Below are positions 14,275-35,340 of a DNA stretch of 64,000 nucleotides, in pieces. The position numbers were made by a program, and so were the translations under genes. Below the pieces are notes generated by a model that worked only from the letters and a program-made list of their open reading frames with translations, ran no database searches and was not told the origin of the DNA. Source of the stretch: Octopus vulgaris (lineage: Eukaryota); assembly GCA_951406725.2 (NCBI GenBank), contig OX597815.1, positions 131,440,001 through 131,504,000 on the forward strand, read 5' to 3'. How positions within the stretch are numbered: position 1 is the stretch's first letter; the number at the start of each line of letters is the position of its first letter.

Positions 14275-14752
14275 CAATGACAACAACGACGACGATCGCC
14301 ACCAACACCACCACCACCACCACCACCACCGCCGCCGTCGCCATCACTGTTGTCGTCGTCGTCGATATTGCCGTCATCGTCATCGTCGTCGTCGTTTGCG
14401 ACATCATTTGTGCTGTCGTAGTTGCCGTCTTCATCAGCGTCATCATCGTTATCTTCCTCTTTCTTCACTTCTTCCTGCACTCCATGCTCACCTCCTCCTT
14501 CCCCTCCTCCTCCACCACCTCCAGCTCCTCCATCACTCCTCCACCACCCCTCCTCTATCACCCTCCTCCTCCACTACATCTGCCTGCTTCTACATCTCTC
14601 CTCCTAAACCTACTACAACTCCTCCTCCACCACCACCTCCACCACCACCTCCACCACCACCTCCACCACTACCTCCACCACCACATCCACCACTCGTCCT
14701 CGTCCTCCTCCTCCTCCTCCTCATCATCATGATCGGCATCATCATCATCGCC
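14275..14752. repeat. Compound trinucleotide low-complexity tract (CAC/GTC/CAT/CCT)
   Basis: Read directly; explains the overlapping low-complexity ORFs. Confidence 0.9.
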
Positions 14753-14883
14753 ATCCTATATCAGATGTTAAAGAGCAGTAGAGAAAGTAGGTGTGAATAT
14801 TGAATGTATCGAACCAATTACTAAACAATCTAGCCATGTATTCATTGAAATCTTACAATGACCTACGAATAACACACACACAC

Positions 14884-14942
<59 letters not shown>

Positions 14943-15530
14943 CACTACTTAGTTCAGAGGAGAGCTTCGGAATTAAAGTTCACTACAGGTGTCAGTGTCT
15001 CTAAAAGAGAAAAAAAGCTGCTCTCGGATAACATGTCCTGCTTGACCTTTGATTAGAATATATAGTTGAAAAAATGTTATCTTCGCACACTTTTATACTG
15101 TCTACCAAATCAATTCTCTTCTCCTCATGGCACAACATATTCTACTCTAATTTGTCATTTGTATTGATCTGATTAACTCAGTTTCCCGACAGAAATATAG
15201 AAACCGTTGCTGCCTTTGTCTGTGTCTTAGCCGTCGGAGGACATCCAACAGTAAATTTAATTGCATGCAGAAGATATTACATTGAGTTTAGAAAAATACG
15301 TCTCAGTGACGTTGAAAAAAATCATTTTTAGACAGGGAAATTGGGATAAATGCTTGTTCTTCGAGACACATACACACACTCACGCACACATGAATATATA
15401 TATATATACATGAATATATATATATATATATATATATACATACATACATACATACATACATACATGTATACATACATATATGTATGTATATATATATACA
15501 TATATACATACATATATATATACATACAAT

Positions 15531-15561
<31 letters not shown>

Positions 15562-16972
15562 ATGCGTGTTCTCTCACGTTTTTAATTAGCTAAATTCCTC
15601 CTCCTCGGAGGGAGCTGGTTTCTACTAAAGCTACAAGGGTCCATCGTTGGAATGTAGATAAAAATGAATGTCACGTTTTAATCTTGAGAAAATACTTGCA
15701 TATTTTTACTGTATGCATGTATGTACGTACATACGCACGTATCTATCTATCTATGTAGCTAGCTATCAATCCGTACGTATTTATATATGTATGTATACAT
15801 AAAGATGTATACATATATGTCGGAAGGTTTCATGTGTTGCCCCGAAACGTCGTTACCTCCACCTCTCTCGCCTCGCCTGTATGCACCTTTTATTCGTGGC
15901 CCTGTGGCATCACCCGTGAAGAAGGGGAGGAAGCTTCATTGAAGAACTGGTATCATCATGGAATCAAAGAACTGGTAGAAAAAGTGACTTCAGGAGCTGC
16001 AACACGATGGCATCGACTTTAAATGCTAGACTGCTTTTGTTGTAACTTGATGAATAAAGCAAAGAAGTTACCAGAATATTGCAAAACTTTTCACTCAACA
16101 CAATATATTGTAATAACAGTGAATCACTTTTGTCCGTAGGTTTTGTATTAAACTTTGAAATTTTTGACCTTATAGAATGTTCAGACATTACAATAACCCT
16201 TCAGCCATTGTGTCGTATTTCAAAATCTTTATAATTAATGTTATATTTCATTAATCATTTTATATTTAATATTGTATTCAAGTAGGTTTGCTGTGTACAC
16301 TATGTTAGGAAATTGCTCTTGAAAAGTTTGTTTAAATAGAGAACAGTATCGAAGTGATATTTATCAAAAGTTTTCTTTGTATCCATAACATTACCTAGTA
16401 CCGATTGCTTAAATTTATGAATTATAAACTACATTTTCTTAAAGGTCACCGCACACTTATGACTAATGGATTTTTCGAAGCTGCACAATAAGAATATAAA
16501 GTAAACTACAATTTGTAATTTAATAAACTGTAAATAATTCGATTACATAGGAGTAACATAAAACCAAGTGGAATATGTTCTTATTGATTTTTTTTTCTCT
16601 AACCACAAAATGGGGAGAAGAAATAGGAAGAGGATTTATGTGCTTATTAAATTAGTATAGCATAAGTTAAGTAAAGTGGCCTCTCGCATAAATTGAAATG
16701 AATTCTAGAAACCTTGACTAATAGCTCGTAAGTTCCTCTAAATATATTCTTAAGAAACAAGGGAAATTTTGAATTCTTTTGACCAGTAATGTTAGTGAGG
16801 TTTTCAAATTTATACGAGAAATTAGAGTATCTTTATACCTGTCTCTTTCATAGAAATCAAATGAAATCCGTTTGTAAATTTGACTCGATGCAAGATTTTC
16901 TCTATAAAAACATTAAGAATCGTAGTAAGTACTTCCTGTCCTTGGTTTACTATCACAGCTAGGACGATTTCA

Positions 16973-17191
16973 TTAACCATTTGGCATTTAAAATGGCCAT
17001 ATCTGGCCCAGATAGTTTTCTTGTTTTATGCTAAAGCTAGCCAGATCTGACTTCTCACACCTACCGTATAATGTCTTTCTAATAATAAACAATCATATTA
17101 GAAAAATCTCGAAGCTACCAGATATGCATGGTTAATTCAAAACAATGTGAGTGGATAAGTATTTCATTTGACAGAAATATAGAAGGGTTAA
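16973..17191. mobile_element. Putative piggyBac-type MITE
   Basis: Bounded by TTAA-CCATTT (16973) and AAGGG-TTAA (17191), consistent with a TTAA target duplication and degenerate CCC/GGG termini; about 210 bp, non-coding. Confidence 0.45.
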
Positions 17192-17449
17192 AGTAATTAA
17201 CCATTCCAAGATAAAGTTCACTCGACGTAACTGTCCATTACATTGCTCAAAATTTGTTTTGTTTTTTTCAAATTTACTAATTTCTGTTTCATACAAACTA
17301 TGAAGTCATTTATTTGTGATGCACCTCGAGGAAACCAGAATTTGTTAACTTAAACAAAAGCCTTTCACAACAACGAAAGAAAGGCTTCAAAATTTGCACT
17401 ACAATTAACTGTCCTGTACGTTGGCCTTATAAGTATCAGGCCAGGGATC

Positions 17450-17760
17450 TTATCGCAGATTAATGATACCTGCTACTGGTACCATGTACACCAGTCCTAC
17501 ATGTTCCATTGTCGAGTAGTTGGCGACTAAACCGGCTGCCCCACTTGAGTAGCTGCCTATTCTTGTGAAGAGGATGTATGGACACCCAGCAGGGCTAAAA
17601 ACAAGACATGTCAAAGTACGGGTGAGCTCCATGAGGGCCAATGGTGATCCAGTTGGTGAAGGCAATGGTAAACCACGCCCTAGTAAACACTATGAGAAAG
17701 TCAAAACTAAGTAACACAGTGCTTCACTCCGATGAGAAAACTCACGCTTAACCGAAAAGT
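17450..17760 (+). mobile_element. Possible RTE-type LINE 5'-region fragment
   Basis: GC-richer island containing gaaggcaatggtaaaccac, a motif I associate with RTE/Bov-B-type elements; no ORF support. Confidence 0.3.
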
Positions 17761-18084
17761 CCTTCGTTCTAGTATTATCAACGCTCTGCAAAGCGTACGA
17801 TACATGATGGCGATTGACCTCTTAGAAACTTATCTTTCCTGCATAAAGAGTTAGAGTAAATTTACTGTACAACATAATTTATGAATTGTTCATCAGCTGT
17901 TAAGTTCAGTGAAATGAAAAATAAAATATTTATTAGTGACAGCACCGACCACAATATTCAGCATTGTAGATCAATTATAAAACGCCCATTCTTCTTTTGT
18001 CTGTAATTTACTCCAGCTCTCCGCCTTAACTTCCAGTTTTCAGCTGATGTTTACACAAGCTAAGAATTAACAGTCGAAATATCG

Positions 18085-18285
18085 GTTTCAAGTTTTGGCC
18101 TAAGGCCAGTAATTTCGAGGGAGATATTAATCCCAGTGCTCAACTGGTTCGTATTTTATCAAACCCGAAAGAATGAAAGACAAAGTCGACCCCGGTGGAT
18201 TTGAACTCAGTACATAAAGACGGACAAAATGCCGCTAAGCTTTTAGCCCCGTGTGCTAACGATACCGATAGCTCACTGCCTTGAG
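18085..18285 (-). mobile_element. tRNA-type SINE (family A)
   Basis: Reverse complement matches family A (aaggcagtgagct...cgttagcacac...ctgagttcaaatcc...gtcgactttgtctttcattctttcggg). Confidence 0.8.
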
Positions 18286-18984
18286 CAGTCGAAATACTAT
18301 CATTAAGCTGCAAAGCAAGAAATCTATGGTTTTTTAAATCATATCTACTATATATTTGTGAAAAGGGCGGACGTTGTCTCACAAGCAGTTGTGCAGGCAA
18401 AAGTTTTAGTAAATGTGGTTGGATGACCTGAAAATTTGCACACCTATGTTAAAAGTGTTGGGGAGTTTGCATGGAAACTTGAGTTTGCTCAATTGAAAGG
18501 CGTGACCTCTAAGGCAGAATTCCTCATCTTTAAAATGTGGCCCGAGAAGGCCCCAAATATAATCGGGTTATGACACTAGTATAATATATTTACGCTTATA
18601 TTATTATGGTATAGTTAGCAGTATTAATCGGGAATTGTAAATGCACCCTCCCCACAAAAAACAAAAACAAAAAAACAAACAAAAAGAAGGATTCAAACTT
18701 TCGAAAGAATGTATTCTGCTTTCAAGCTGCTGTAAAGAAGATTGTCAGTATTTTAGTGTTCATACTCGAATGAGAGATAAAATAAAGTGGCAGATCAAAC
18801 AAGCAGAGCCAAACGGAAGATTAATGTGGGAATGAATTGTGACAGCTAACTAAAGTGAGTAGGAGCAACAATGAATTAAGTTTGGAAAGAAAACAGTTTG
18901 AACGTAATTATTTTAAAGAGAAAAGAATATGTTAAAAAGTAATGCCAATGATTGCAGCTGTTGTTGCCCGTTGTTGCTGTTAAT

Positions 18985-19232
18985 ACTGATGATGAAGATG
19001 ACGTGAAGAATTACGATGGGCAATGGTGATGATTTTGATGATGATGACGATGACGAACTATGAAGGTGTTGCTGAAGATGATAGACATTATGACAAGAAT
19101 GATTATGATGATGATGGTAGTGGTGATGAGGATGAGGATGATGATGACAATGGGGATGATGATGATGATGACGACGATGATGGAGATCAAAACGACGACG
19201 AAATGAAGCACAAAATGAGGATGGTACTGGTA

Positions 19233-19295
<63 letters not shown>

Positions 19296-20047
19296 GTGAT
19301 GTTTAGTCAGGTGACGGCAACGACGACGACAACGAAGAGCCAGAAAAGGTTTCCTGATGAAAACCATGATGGTAATTTTGCATATTGCTACGACAATCTC
19401 GTTGCTGATAGATTTTCATTTTTTGTTTCCATTCCTTTTCGTTTCTTCCTGCTAATACGTTTAAAAGTTTCCTTTCGTCAGCCATCGACAACAACATCAT
19501 CGAATTATTGCTGCTACTGATATCGATGTTGTTGCTGATGTTGCTGACGATAAAAAAACTATATCGTTGTAAACGATGATGATGTTAGCAGTGCTGATAA
19601 TGATGATTAACCAGGAAGCTAATATGACACTGGCAGAATCGTTAGCACGCCGGTCGAAATGCTTAGGGGCATTTCGTCCGTCTTTACATTCTCTATTCAA
19701 ATTCCACCAAGGATGACTTTACCTTTCATCCTTTCGGGGTCGATAAAATAAGTACCAGTTGCGTACTGAGGTCGATCTAATCGATCTATCCCTTCCTTGG
19801 AATTACTGACCTTCAGTCTAAACTTGGACGCAATATGGTGATAATGATGATAATGATGATGATGATGATGAAGTCGACGACGACAACGATGATAATGATA
19901 ATAATGGGGAGGGAGGGGAGGAGGAGATTGAAGCAATATGAAACTAATATGATGATAACGATATTAAAGATAATGGCAATGATGATGATGAGGAGGAGGA
20001 GGACAACGACGACGTTGATGATGATGATGATGATGAAAATGATAATT

Positions 20048-20100
<53 letters not shown>

Positions 20101-20460
20101 ATTGAAAAGTAACAGGAAACTAATATAATTAAGTGTAGAACGATGACATGAATGATGAAGATGATGGAATGAAAGTGTAGGACAGGATGACGCGGGAGAG
20201 AAACAAGTAGATGATGAGACAAACAATATCAATGATAATGACAATAGCTCTAATGATAATAGTGGAGAGGATGATGACAACAAAATACAAACAAACTATT
20301 TATGACAAGGAAATGATGACAATAATTTGGCTGGCAAAATGTTGAGAATGAAAGCAGAGTTGTCATTGCCACCATGATGGCAAGGTGGTTATGATAATTA
20401 CGAATTTGATAAAACGTATGATTATAAAGATAAGTGGCAATGATGATGATGCTGGAAACC
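18985..20460. repeat. Large degenerate (GAT)n-rich microsatellite region
   Basis: Pure (GAT)n runs at about 19233-19295 and 20048-20100 within decayed repeats; produces the poly-M, poly-H and poly-I ORFs. Confidence 0.9.
19628..19810 (+). mobile_element. tRNA-type SINE (family A) within the (GAT)n region
   Basis: ctggcagaatcgttagcacgccggtcgaaatgctt...cctttcatcctttcggggtcgataaaataagtacc. Confidence 0.85.
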
Positions 20461-20961
20461 ACGATGATGTTGTTTATTGTAAAGGCTTTCAATGTATTTG
20501 GTTCATGAGTTCACAGAAAATGAATTTAATTTCTCTCCTTATTAGAATGCAATGACAAGTGATGGCTGTCAGCGCACGAACAACTGCCTCACTTCATTTT
20601 TAATTTGAGTTAAACAGATGAGTAAAGTTGTTCTTTTTGCTTGTAAAGAGACATCAGGCAAAACGATCAAACTCGACAATAATTTCATTACAACTGATTA
20701 TATAAAAAAGTTTAAAATATTGGTGAGAAGTAAAAAAAAAATTCGAACTTGTTCAATTTGTTTTCCTCAAGTGTAAAGGATCATTTCTTAATTATTTAGC
20801 GGATAATATCAGCTCTGAAAATTCAGAAAACTGGCAAATAGTTAAAACGAGTTTTCAGTTTTATATACAACAACAGTACAATAATTAAATTTTCGTATAG
20901 CAAGTTATTAATTTCCCAATAGTGAAAACATCCTGTCACTGAGGTTGAGCTTTATATTCAA

Positions 20962-21249
20962 CTAGCTGGCCCCGTGCCGTCAAAAATGACCGCTAATTGT
21001 AGTATTTTATATATAAAAAAGGTACATAATAATCACACATACAATCACATACTTCCCTTCTACACGCACACATATAGTTCCCTTTCACACATACACACAC
21101 ACACACTACTCACACACATTTTAAACGCTGTTTCATTTTTCTTTTCAGCGTTGAATGTTCACCATCCCACTTCCAGTTTATTATCACCCCTTCCTTTCTT
21201 ATTCATATGTTGTGATAGAGAAATACACAAGAATATTATTTATATTAGA
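20962..21249 (-). mobile_element. Non-autonomous Helitron (288 bp)
   Basis: Minus strand starts TCTAATATAAAT at 21249 and ends with a hairpin (gtca-tttt-tgac) then CTAG at 20965-20962. It sits between A and T with no TSD. Confidence 0.7.
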
Positions 21250-21854
21250 TACTAATACTGGTTAAATTCCTCTAGATGTAAATATAATCAATATATAAAT
21301 ATACAATACTACTATAAGAAGTTGTAACAGCCTAAAATTGAGGCGTTAGTTGACGAGGCTCTTGTCAAGGCATCACATGCAGTCTCATTCTGTATTAAAG
21401 TCGGCTACCATGACTTTCCAGCTCTGTTAGTGTATTATTTGTTGTACAAACTCGCTCTGTAAACCAGACGGCAGAAGATATCCCATAAGGAGATAGGCAT
21501 GGCAGTTGAAACCAGCTCAAATAGATGTCGTTGCAGGTGGAACTCTTTCACAAGTGCAAATGAGTTCAGTTCTTGCTGCCCAACTCAGGCTAAGGTACAG
21601 ACAGGGAGACGAAACACTTGTGACCCTGAGATACCTGCAGGTGATACGGAAGGGTTTCCAGTTTTGTGCTGGATAAAGAGGAAGTGCTTGCAATATTTCT
21701 GAGTACTTCCACAAATTTTTTCATGGGGCGAAGCACCCTCATCTAAAAAGGCAATAGGAAAATACACCAGAAATCGGTCTGTAATTTATTTCACTAAGCT
21801 TCATCTGAATCATATTTGGTACAGTATATATTAATCTTATTTTTTAATATATTT

Positions 21855-22230
21855 GTTCCACTTATTAAACTGCAGCCATACTAAGCCACCACCTTGGAGG
21901 GTTTAGTCGAAAATATCGACCATGGCACGCGCATAACTTTTGATTCTGCAACTTATTCTATTGATCTCTTTAGCCGATCAGTTAAGTTATGGGAACCTTA
22001 TCTAACACCGGTTGTCAGGTGATAGTGGGACGAAAACACACACACCCAGAGACACCGACAGGCAGGCATACAGACATACACCCAGAAAGACAGACAGACA
22101 GACAGATAGACACACACACACACACAGAAGCTTATTCTGTCTGCCAAATTTATTCGCAAGGCATCGGTTGGCTTGCAGCGATAGTAGAAGACATTTGCCC
22201 TGGGTGCCACACAATGGAACTGTACCCACG
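21855..22230 (-). mobile_element. Degenerate SINE (family B)
   Basis: Homology to 8075-8512 (atagtagaagacatttgccc.gggtgccac; caccggttgtca.gtgat). Confidence 0.7.
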
Positions 22231-25200
22231 CTATATACAATTTCTCTCTACTCCTATTCTCCGTCTAAGTATGGCCATGTTTTTTATGCTAAGTCCTGAT
22301 GTCTTTCCTCCTTAGAAAATATATAACTTTACTCTTTGTGAAGTTTATTGTGAGACTGTAAGCATTCCAACTCCATCAAGAATTTCCTCTGAAAATCCTG
22401 CCCAGTAATTGCTAAGAGAACTAATCAATCACCAAATAAGAGTTCCAACGGTCTTAAGGCTTGTAATTGCCAAAGCTCAATTTCTTTTACATAATGATCC
22501 AACTTCTAATATTCGATAATGTGTGATGGCTAATGTGGAAAAAGACCATATTAGACTTGCACACAGTCCTCTACTATCCGGTGTACATCTTTATGGAGTG
22601 AAAAATCTAAAAACATGAACCTTGCTCAATGGGAAATGATATGGTCTATAGAATAAACCAAATTTGAGAAGAGATAATAGTAATATTTTATCTTTGATAT
22701 TGCTGTTGCAATTCGGCCCTGAGCCTAAGCTAATTAAATATACCTATTTAAAGGTAACCATGTCGTTACCAATTCGTCTTTGTATAGGTGTTTTGGACTG
22801 CGTTCTTTTATGCGTCCTTTTGCTTTTTATGGCAACAGGAAAATTTGAGGAAGATTTGGCCGCTAGTTTAGTTGATCGTGTATGTATACACAGGATTATT
22901 ATAGTGTTTGAATTAGTAAAGTAGTTGCTTTTTTACTTGTTAGTTCTACTGTTAACATTATTTTGATTATACGGAACTTCTAGTTTACAAAAAAATTTGA
23001 AAGTTTTAGTTGATTATTTATTTATTTTTTGTGCTCCTGGCGAATGGCAATGACACTTGAAAATTACCTACACGACTAATATATATTTTGTTGGTTGTTA
23101 GTTATTTTGCAATGTAATATAAGTATCAACTTTGATTTAGGTAATTTTCAGACAACAAACACTAATTATATCCTGTATCAGAAAATCTATAAAATAGTTA
23201 GCTTCATTTTAAACTTGAATTGGAAAAAAAAGAAGCAATTAACGTGAAAAGTATGTTGTAAACATCTCTGTGTTTGTTTAGGATTAATTCTACAAAAAAA
23301 GAGACAAGAATAAAAAAGGAGTAATCATAAAATATAGACGTATTAAAATGAGAAAGTTTTAATGAAATATTTTTAAAGTTATATTGAATATGTATTTTAA
23401 AAGTAGATATTGTATTTTCCTGAACAAGTAAATCATTAGAAACAATAATGTTTAGTTCCAATAATGCTTCTGAACACTGTTTATGTAAAACCATAAAGAG
23501 AACAAAAGAAATACAAACACGTTTGTTTACATAAATTGGTACCCAAACAGGACAGCTTTTTAAGCGTTAATTACTAACGCGTATAGAATAAAGTTTTCTT
23601 TTTGACCTGTAGAACTGAAGGTATTTTGCTAGTATTTCGTGAATATTATATGTATTAAACTTGCATTTAACCGCTTCTATAACTTGTACAATAGTTTCGT
23701 TATTTGTAAGATTATATTAACTTCTAATATACTTTTGTTTAAATGCATCTATTACAACATTGACAAGACAATTAACTTGACATTTCCAAACGATTTTAGA
23801 TATACCAAAACCAATATGAGTTTCTAATTAGGTTTTAATTTAAACTGACCGACTATATATAATGACGTTTACATGTTTACATAACATGAAATATTCTGAA
23901 GTAAAAATTATTTGACAACTTCTGAGTTACTTGTAAACTTTAAATAACGGATTTGACAACATACCTAAAGGAAAATACAATGTGTGTTTAAAACAGTATC
24001 AAGCTGACAGTTTATTTCATATTTATAGCAGATAATATAAGAAACAAATAGTATTGAGCGCGTGGTTCCGATTCTTCTTCAGATTTCTCAATATGTGGAA
24101 CCAAACTGAGTACTATGAAATTGGTAAGCGTAAATCTGCAAGCCATTGGGATCACCATCAATCATACATTGAGCTATATTACGTGAAGTACCTCCTTCCT
24201 GTGATACACGATCACGGAAAGAAATTAAAATGATCAGCACCTACTATATATACTGCCTTTGATGTGGACACCATTACACCTCAAATGCATACAAACACTA
24301 TTTATCAATTCCACGAAAAAAAGAATCATAATTTCACTTACATACTGCTTTCCGTAACATAAACCAATGAATCATACGCTGAGTTATAGTACGTGTGTAG
24401 ATTACACCTAATCATTCGTTAATAAAATGACATGTTTAGTCGACAACTGCCAACGGACTATACGACAGCAATAAGAACTGCATTATAGAACAAAGATTTA
24501 TGCAGGTTGACCCTTTGTACATCAAGAATCTACTAAGAAATGCAACTTATATTTACTGTCTGAACAAAAGATCGATACGTTCGTTTGTCATGGCAAGTGT
24601 ATTGTGTTCATTGTGAAATTATTTAAATCTGTACCTACGCAGATGATCAGCACTTTACCGCCAGTCATTACTCACATGCAAATAACTTGTACGATGCTTT
24701 CAATAATTATTTTAAGTACCTAGGTAGCTGCAAACAAACATAGACTCCTTGTTCCTTCCACTATTGTCCCTCCAGGACATAAGTATCAAACAAATGGGAG
24801 AGAAGGATGCACCAACCTCCGGCAAGTAAAATCGTTTTCAGCTCAGTACACTGGAGTACGTAAAATGAAATGTTTTGCTCAAGGATGTAAAGCACTGTCT
24901 TGTACAGGAATTAAACTGATGACTTTATGAAGATGTGACGAACACTTTAATGAGGTAAGTTGGAAACTATTTAGATAAACATTTCCTCTCTCAATAAAAT
25001 GTAAATGTATATGTGACGTGTGGTAGTCAACTCAATTTCTTCACAGATATAAAAAATGGACACATATATCTGCATTTTTCTGTACTTTTGTACTTGTTGA
25101 ATTTGTTTTGTATTTCATGAAGGAACAGAGAGCATGGCACTTGCAGGCCCTCTGGGTTTGTGAGGTCGATGTTGCTAATGTTCGCTTTAAACTGTTGTTG

Positions 25201-25405
25201 GCCAACAGCTACAGGAAAAGTATGAGCAAGAAGGAGAGTTATAATCGTCACTGCTTGGGGAGGAAAAGACTGGGAAAAATTATCAGTGGGCCGGGAGGAC
25301 TGGATGCAACAAAGGTAATGACAGGTACAGGAACTAGTCGGTCAGAGATGCTTCATTTTGAAGGTACGACGCCAGATACTTCTGAGAAGTAGGGGATATT
25401 ATGAA

Positions 25406-25486
<81 letters not shown>

Positions 25487-26577
25487 CAGCATGCCTGTGG
25501 GCCAGAGGCTAAAGTGTGTCCCTTAGGCATTGTACACCAACCAAAAGAGATGCCCTTTTCTGAAAGAATGTATGAGGTTGAATTCGAGACACGCAGCATC
25601 ATATTCATTTCCCGAAATTTTATCTTCCAAATATCCCACACTACTTTTAATTGTTTGTTGTTGTGTAAAATAGAAGTAAATAGATTAAGTTCGATATTTT
25701 ACTTATCTCTGAGTTCAATAAGCTGAGAAATGTTCCCTCTTTATTAAAATTACATTTGAAAATGTTTTTTATAAATTATTAGATATTTCATCCGTTTGTA
25801 AAATTAATTTAATTAATGATGATTAATTAATTAAGTATCGATAAACCTTTGCAGGAAAATAAAACCTCATTAATATTTTCGTATTATATTAAATTACAAA
25901 ACTCTTTTGTTTTATTCAATACTTATTTTAATATATATTTAGTTTCATTAATTCATTACTAAGATTTTCTGTGCAAATTTCGTTTACATTTAATCAATTA
26001 ATATGCATTTGAAAATTTTGAATTTAATTTCATATTTAACCCACATTCAAGTAATGTTAAACCTGTGAATAGCTTTTTCCAGTGACTGAAATAAATTTCG
26101 TTTTATTTCTCCCATTAAAAACATCTTATAATGTTACTACATATAAATACAATAGAATATTTCAAGTGAAAATATAAAAACAAGCTTGCGATGAAGTTTC
26201 AACTCATCTACTTGCACCTGAATACTTTATTGTTTAATAATACTCCCCCAGTACGAAAGAAAATAGTGTCTTAATCAGCTGTATTTGCTTTTCTTTTCTC
26301 TCTATAGGTGAAGAATGTTGTATAGCTAAAAGAAATACGAACCGTCTTCAATCATAATTTGCTTCCCGTGATAAAATTGAAGTTATAAAACTACATGAAA
26401 TCTGTTTGCTGTATAGAAGAAAGGTAGTAAATTCAAACTTCATCATGGAAAAATATTTTGTGGCAAATGTGTTAGATTCTGAAAAATCAAAATCATACAA
26501 ATTCTTTTGTGAAAAATTGGTCTGTCACTAGATGAGGTATTTGTGTAATCTTAGTAAGTAAATCAACGAACAAACAG

Positions 26578-33820
<7,243 letters not shown>

Positions 33821-34652
33821 GAATTGAGGAGAGAAACAAATTTTACAAGCAAAATAAGCTGTTCCCATCCAACGCGAAAACATCCTACAGAGAAATAGGG
33901 AAGGAGAAAATAACCGTTGAAGACCCACTGCCATGGAAGAAGTTGAACACTTCTGGAAATATATCTGGAGTGATGAAAAGATATACAGTGAAAATGCTGA
34001 CTGGTTTAGACGCAGAAAAGGATTCTACAAAATCTTACTGGAACAAGCATGGGAAGACATCACACTAGTAGACCTAAGGATGACACTCACGAAGACTCAT
34101 AAGTGGAAATCAGCTGGTAATGACAGGATGCCAAATCTCTGGCTCGCATCGCTCCCGTGCGCGCACGAAAAGTTCGTTCTGTTATCCAATGAAATTATGA
34201 GAGATCCTACGAAAACACCAGATTGGTTAGCAAGAGATATTACTTACCCACTCCCGAAGAATAAGGAAAGCAAATTTCTCCAAAACTATCTTCTCATAAC
34301 ATACCTATCTATCTATCACGTATAAAATTTGAACATCGATCCTCGTGGAGAAAACACAAATTTATGGATCAGAACATTATTTTTCCCACTGAACAAAACG
34401 GGTGCCGACGAGGCTCACATGGATGCAAAGACAAACTCGTAATCAATCGCATGATCCTTGAGATCTGACACAACAAACGCAGAAATCTCAGTTCTTCATG
34501 AATTGTTTATAAAAAGCCCTGCAACAGTATACCGCATTCATGGATCTTGAAATCGCTGGATATCTTCAAAATTTCTCCTGTGATTTCAAACTTTCTGAAA
34601 CACGACATGTCAATGTGGAATACAAATCTCCAATTATACCACTCCAATGGTA
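33821..34652 (+). mobile_element. 5'-truncated R4/Dong-type LINE of a third family (copy 3), 5' part
   Basis: EEVEHFWKYIWS, KWKSAGNDRMPNLW, EQNGCRRGSHGCKDKL, HSWILKSL, WNTNLQLYHSNG; interrupted at 34653. Confidence 0.8.
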
Positions 34653-35340
34653 TATAAAGCTTCTGATGAACCACTGTCAAATTTCTTTTAATGTCCATTC
34701 ACTTTATTTGAATAATGGTGAGAGCAAAGAGATGTGGTAAACACCGAATAATTGTCGCTTTCGTACTCCATGCATAGAGTGTATAATTGACATATAAATG
34801 ACCATAACGGAATTAGTACATAACATAAATTGAAATTAGACAATTTTATAAACTGTTAAATAATTCTTATAACATACATATGCAAAGAAGGGACTGGCAA
34901 GATCATCTTGGTTTTCGAAGCATTAGGTTTGAAGACTAAGGATAAACTTGCAATGAACTTAGCTATATAAAGCATATTCATATCTATATACGCGCGTCTG
35001 TTTCTCTGATATTTTTTCTTGGCAGGGAGTATGTCAATTACATCGACCCTTATGCTTAAATAGTACTGTTTGGTTGATCTCTAAAGGATAAAAGGTAAAC
35101 TTGACCTCGGGAAGTAAAAATGCACGAAACGATGCTAACAAGTTTGCCCAACGTAATAAGGATTGTGCCAGCTCGGCGCATTAACTGCCTTGTAAAACAA
35201 TATCAATGTTATGTGGTATGATACGTCCATTGTCACACAAACGTATATTTAGAGACACTTTTCTGGATTAGAAACACGGCATCAAATAAAATCACATAAT
35301 ACACTATATTTCAAAATGACACACACACACAGCCACACAT
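34653..35340 (+). repeat. 688-bp segment duplicated at 38011-38698, inserted in the RT of LINE copy 3
   Basis: tataaagcttctgatg...cagccacacat matches 38011-38698 at a constant offset of 3358; one substitution seen (agcattagg vs agcactagg). Confidence 0.95.

Noticed and set aside
14223-14803. Overlapping Pro/His/Thr/Ser-rich ORFs (also at 1626-1910 and 19011-20283)
   Set aside because: Trinucleotide microsatellites open in several frames; no domain or splice support.
15964-16188. 74-aa minus-strand ORF in unique-looking DNA
   Set aside because: Short, no motif; expected by chance.
21320-22700. Possible decayed retroelement coding remnants flanking a SINE
   Set aside because: No diagnostic motif recovered by eye.
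34663-34700. CTGATGA at the start of the duplicated segment
   Set aside because: No stem II or correctly placed GAAA and cleavage triplet.
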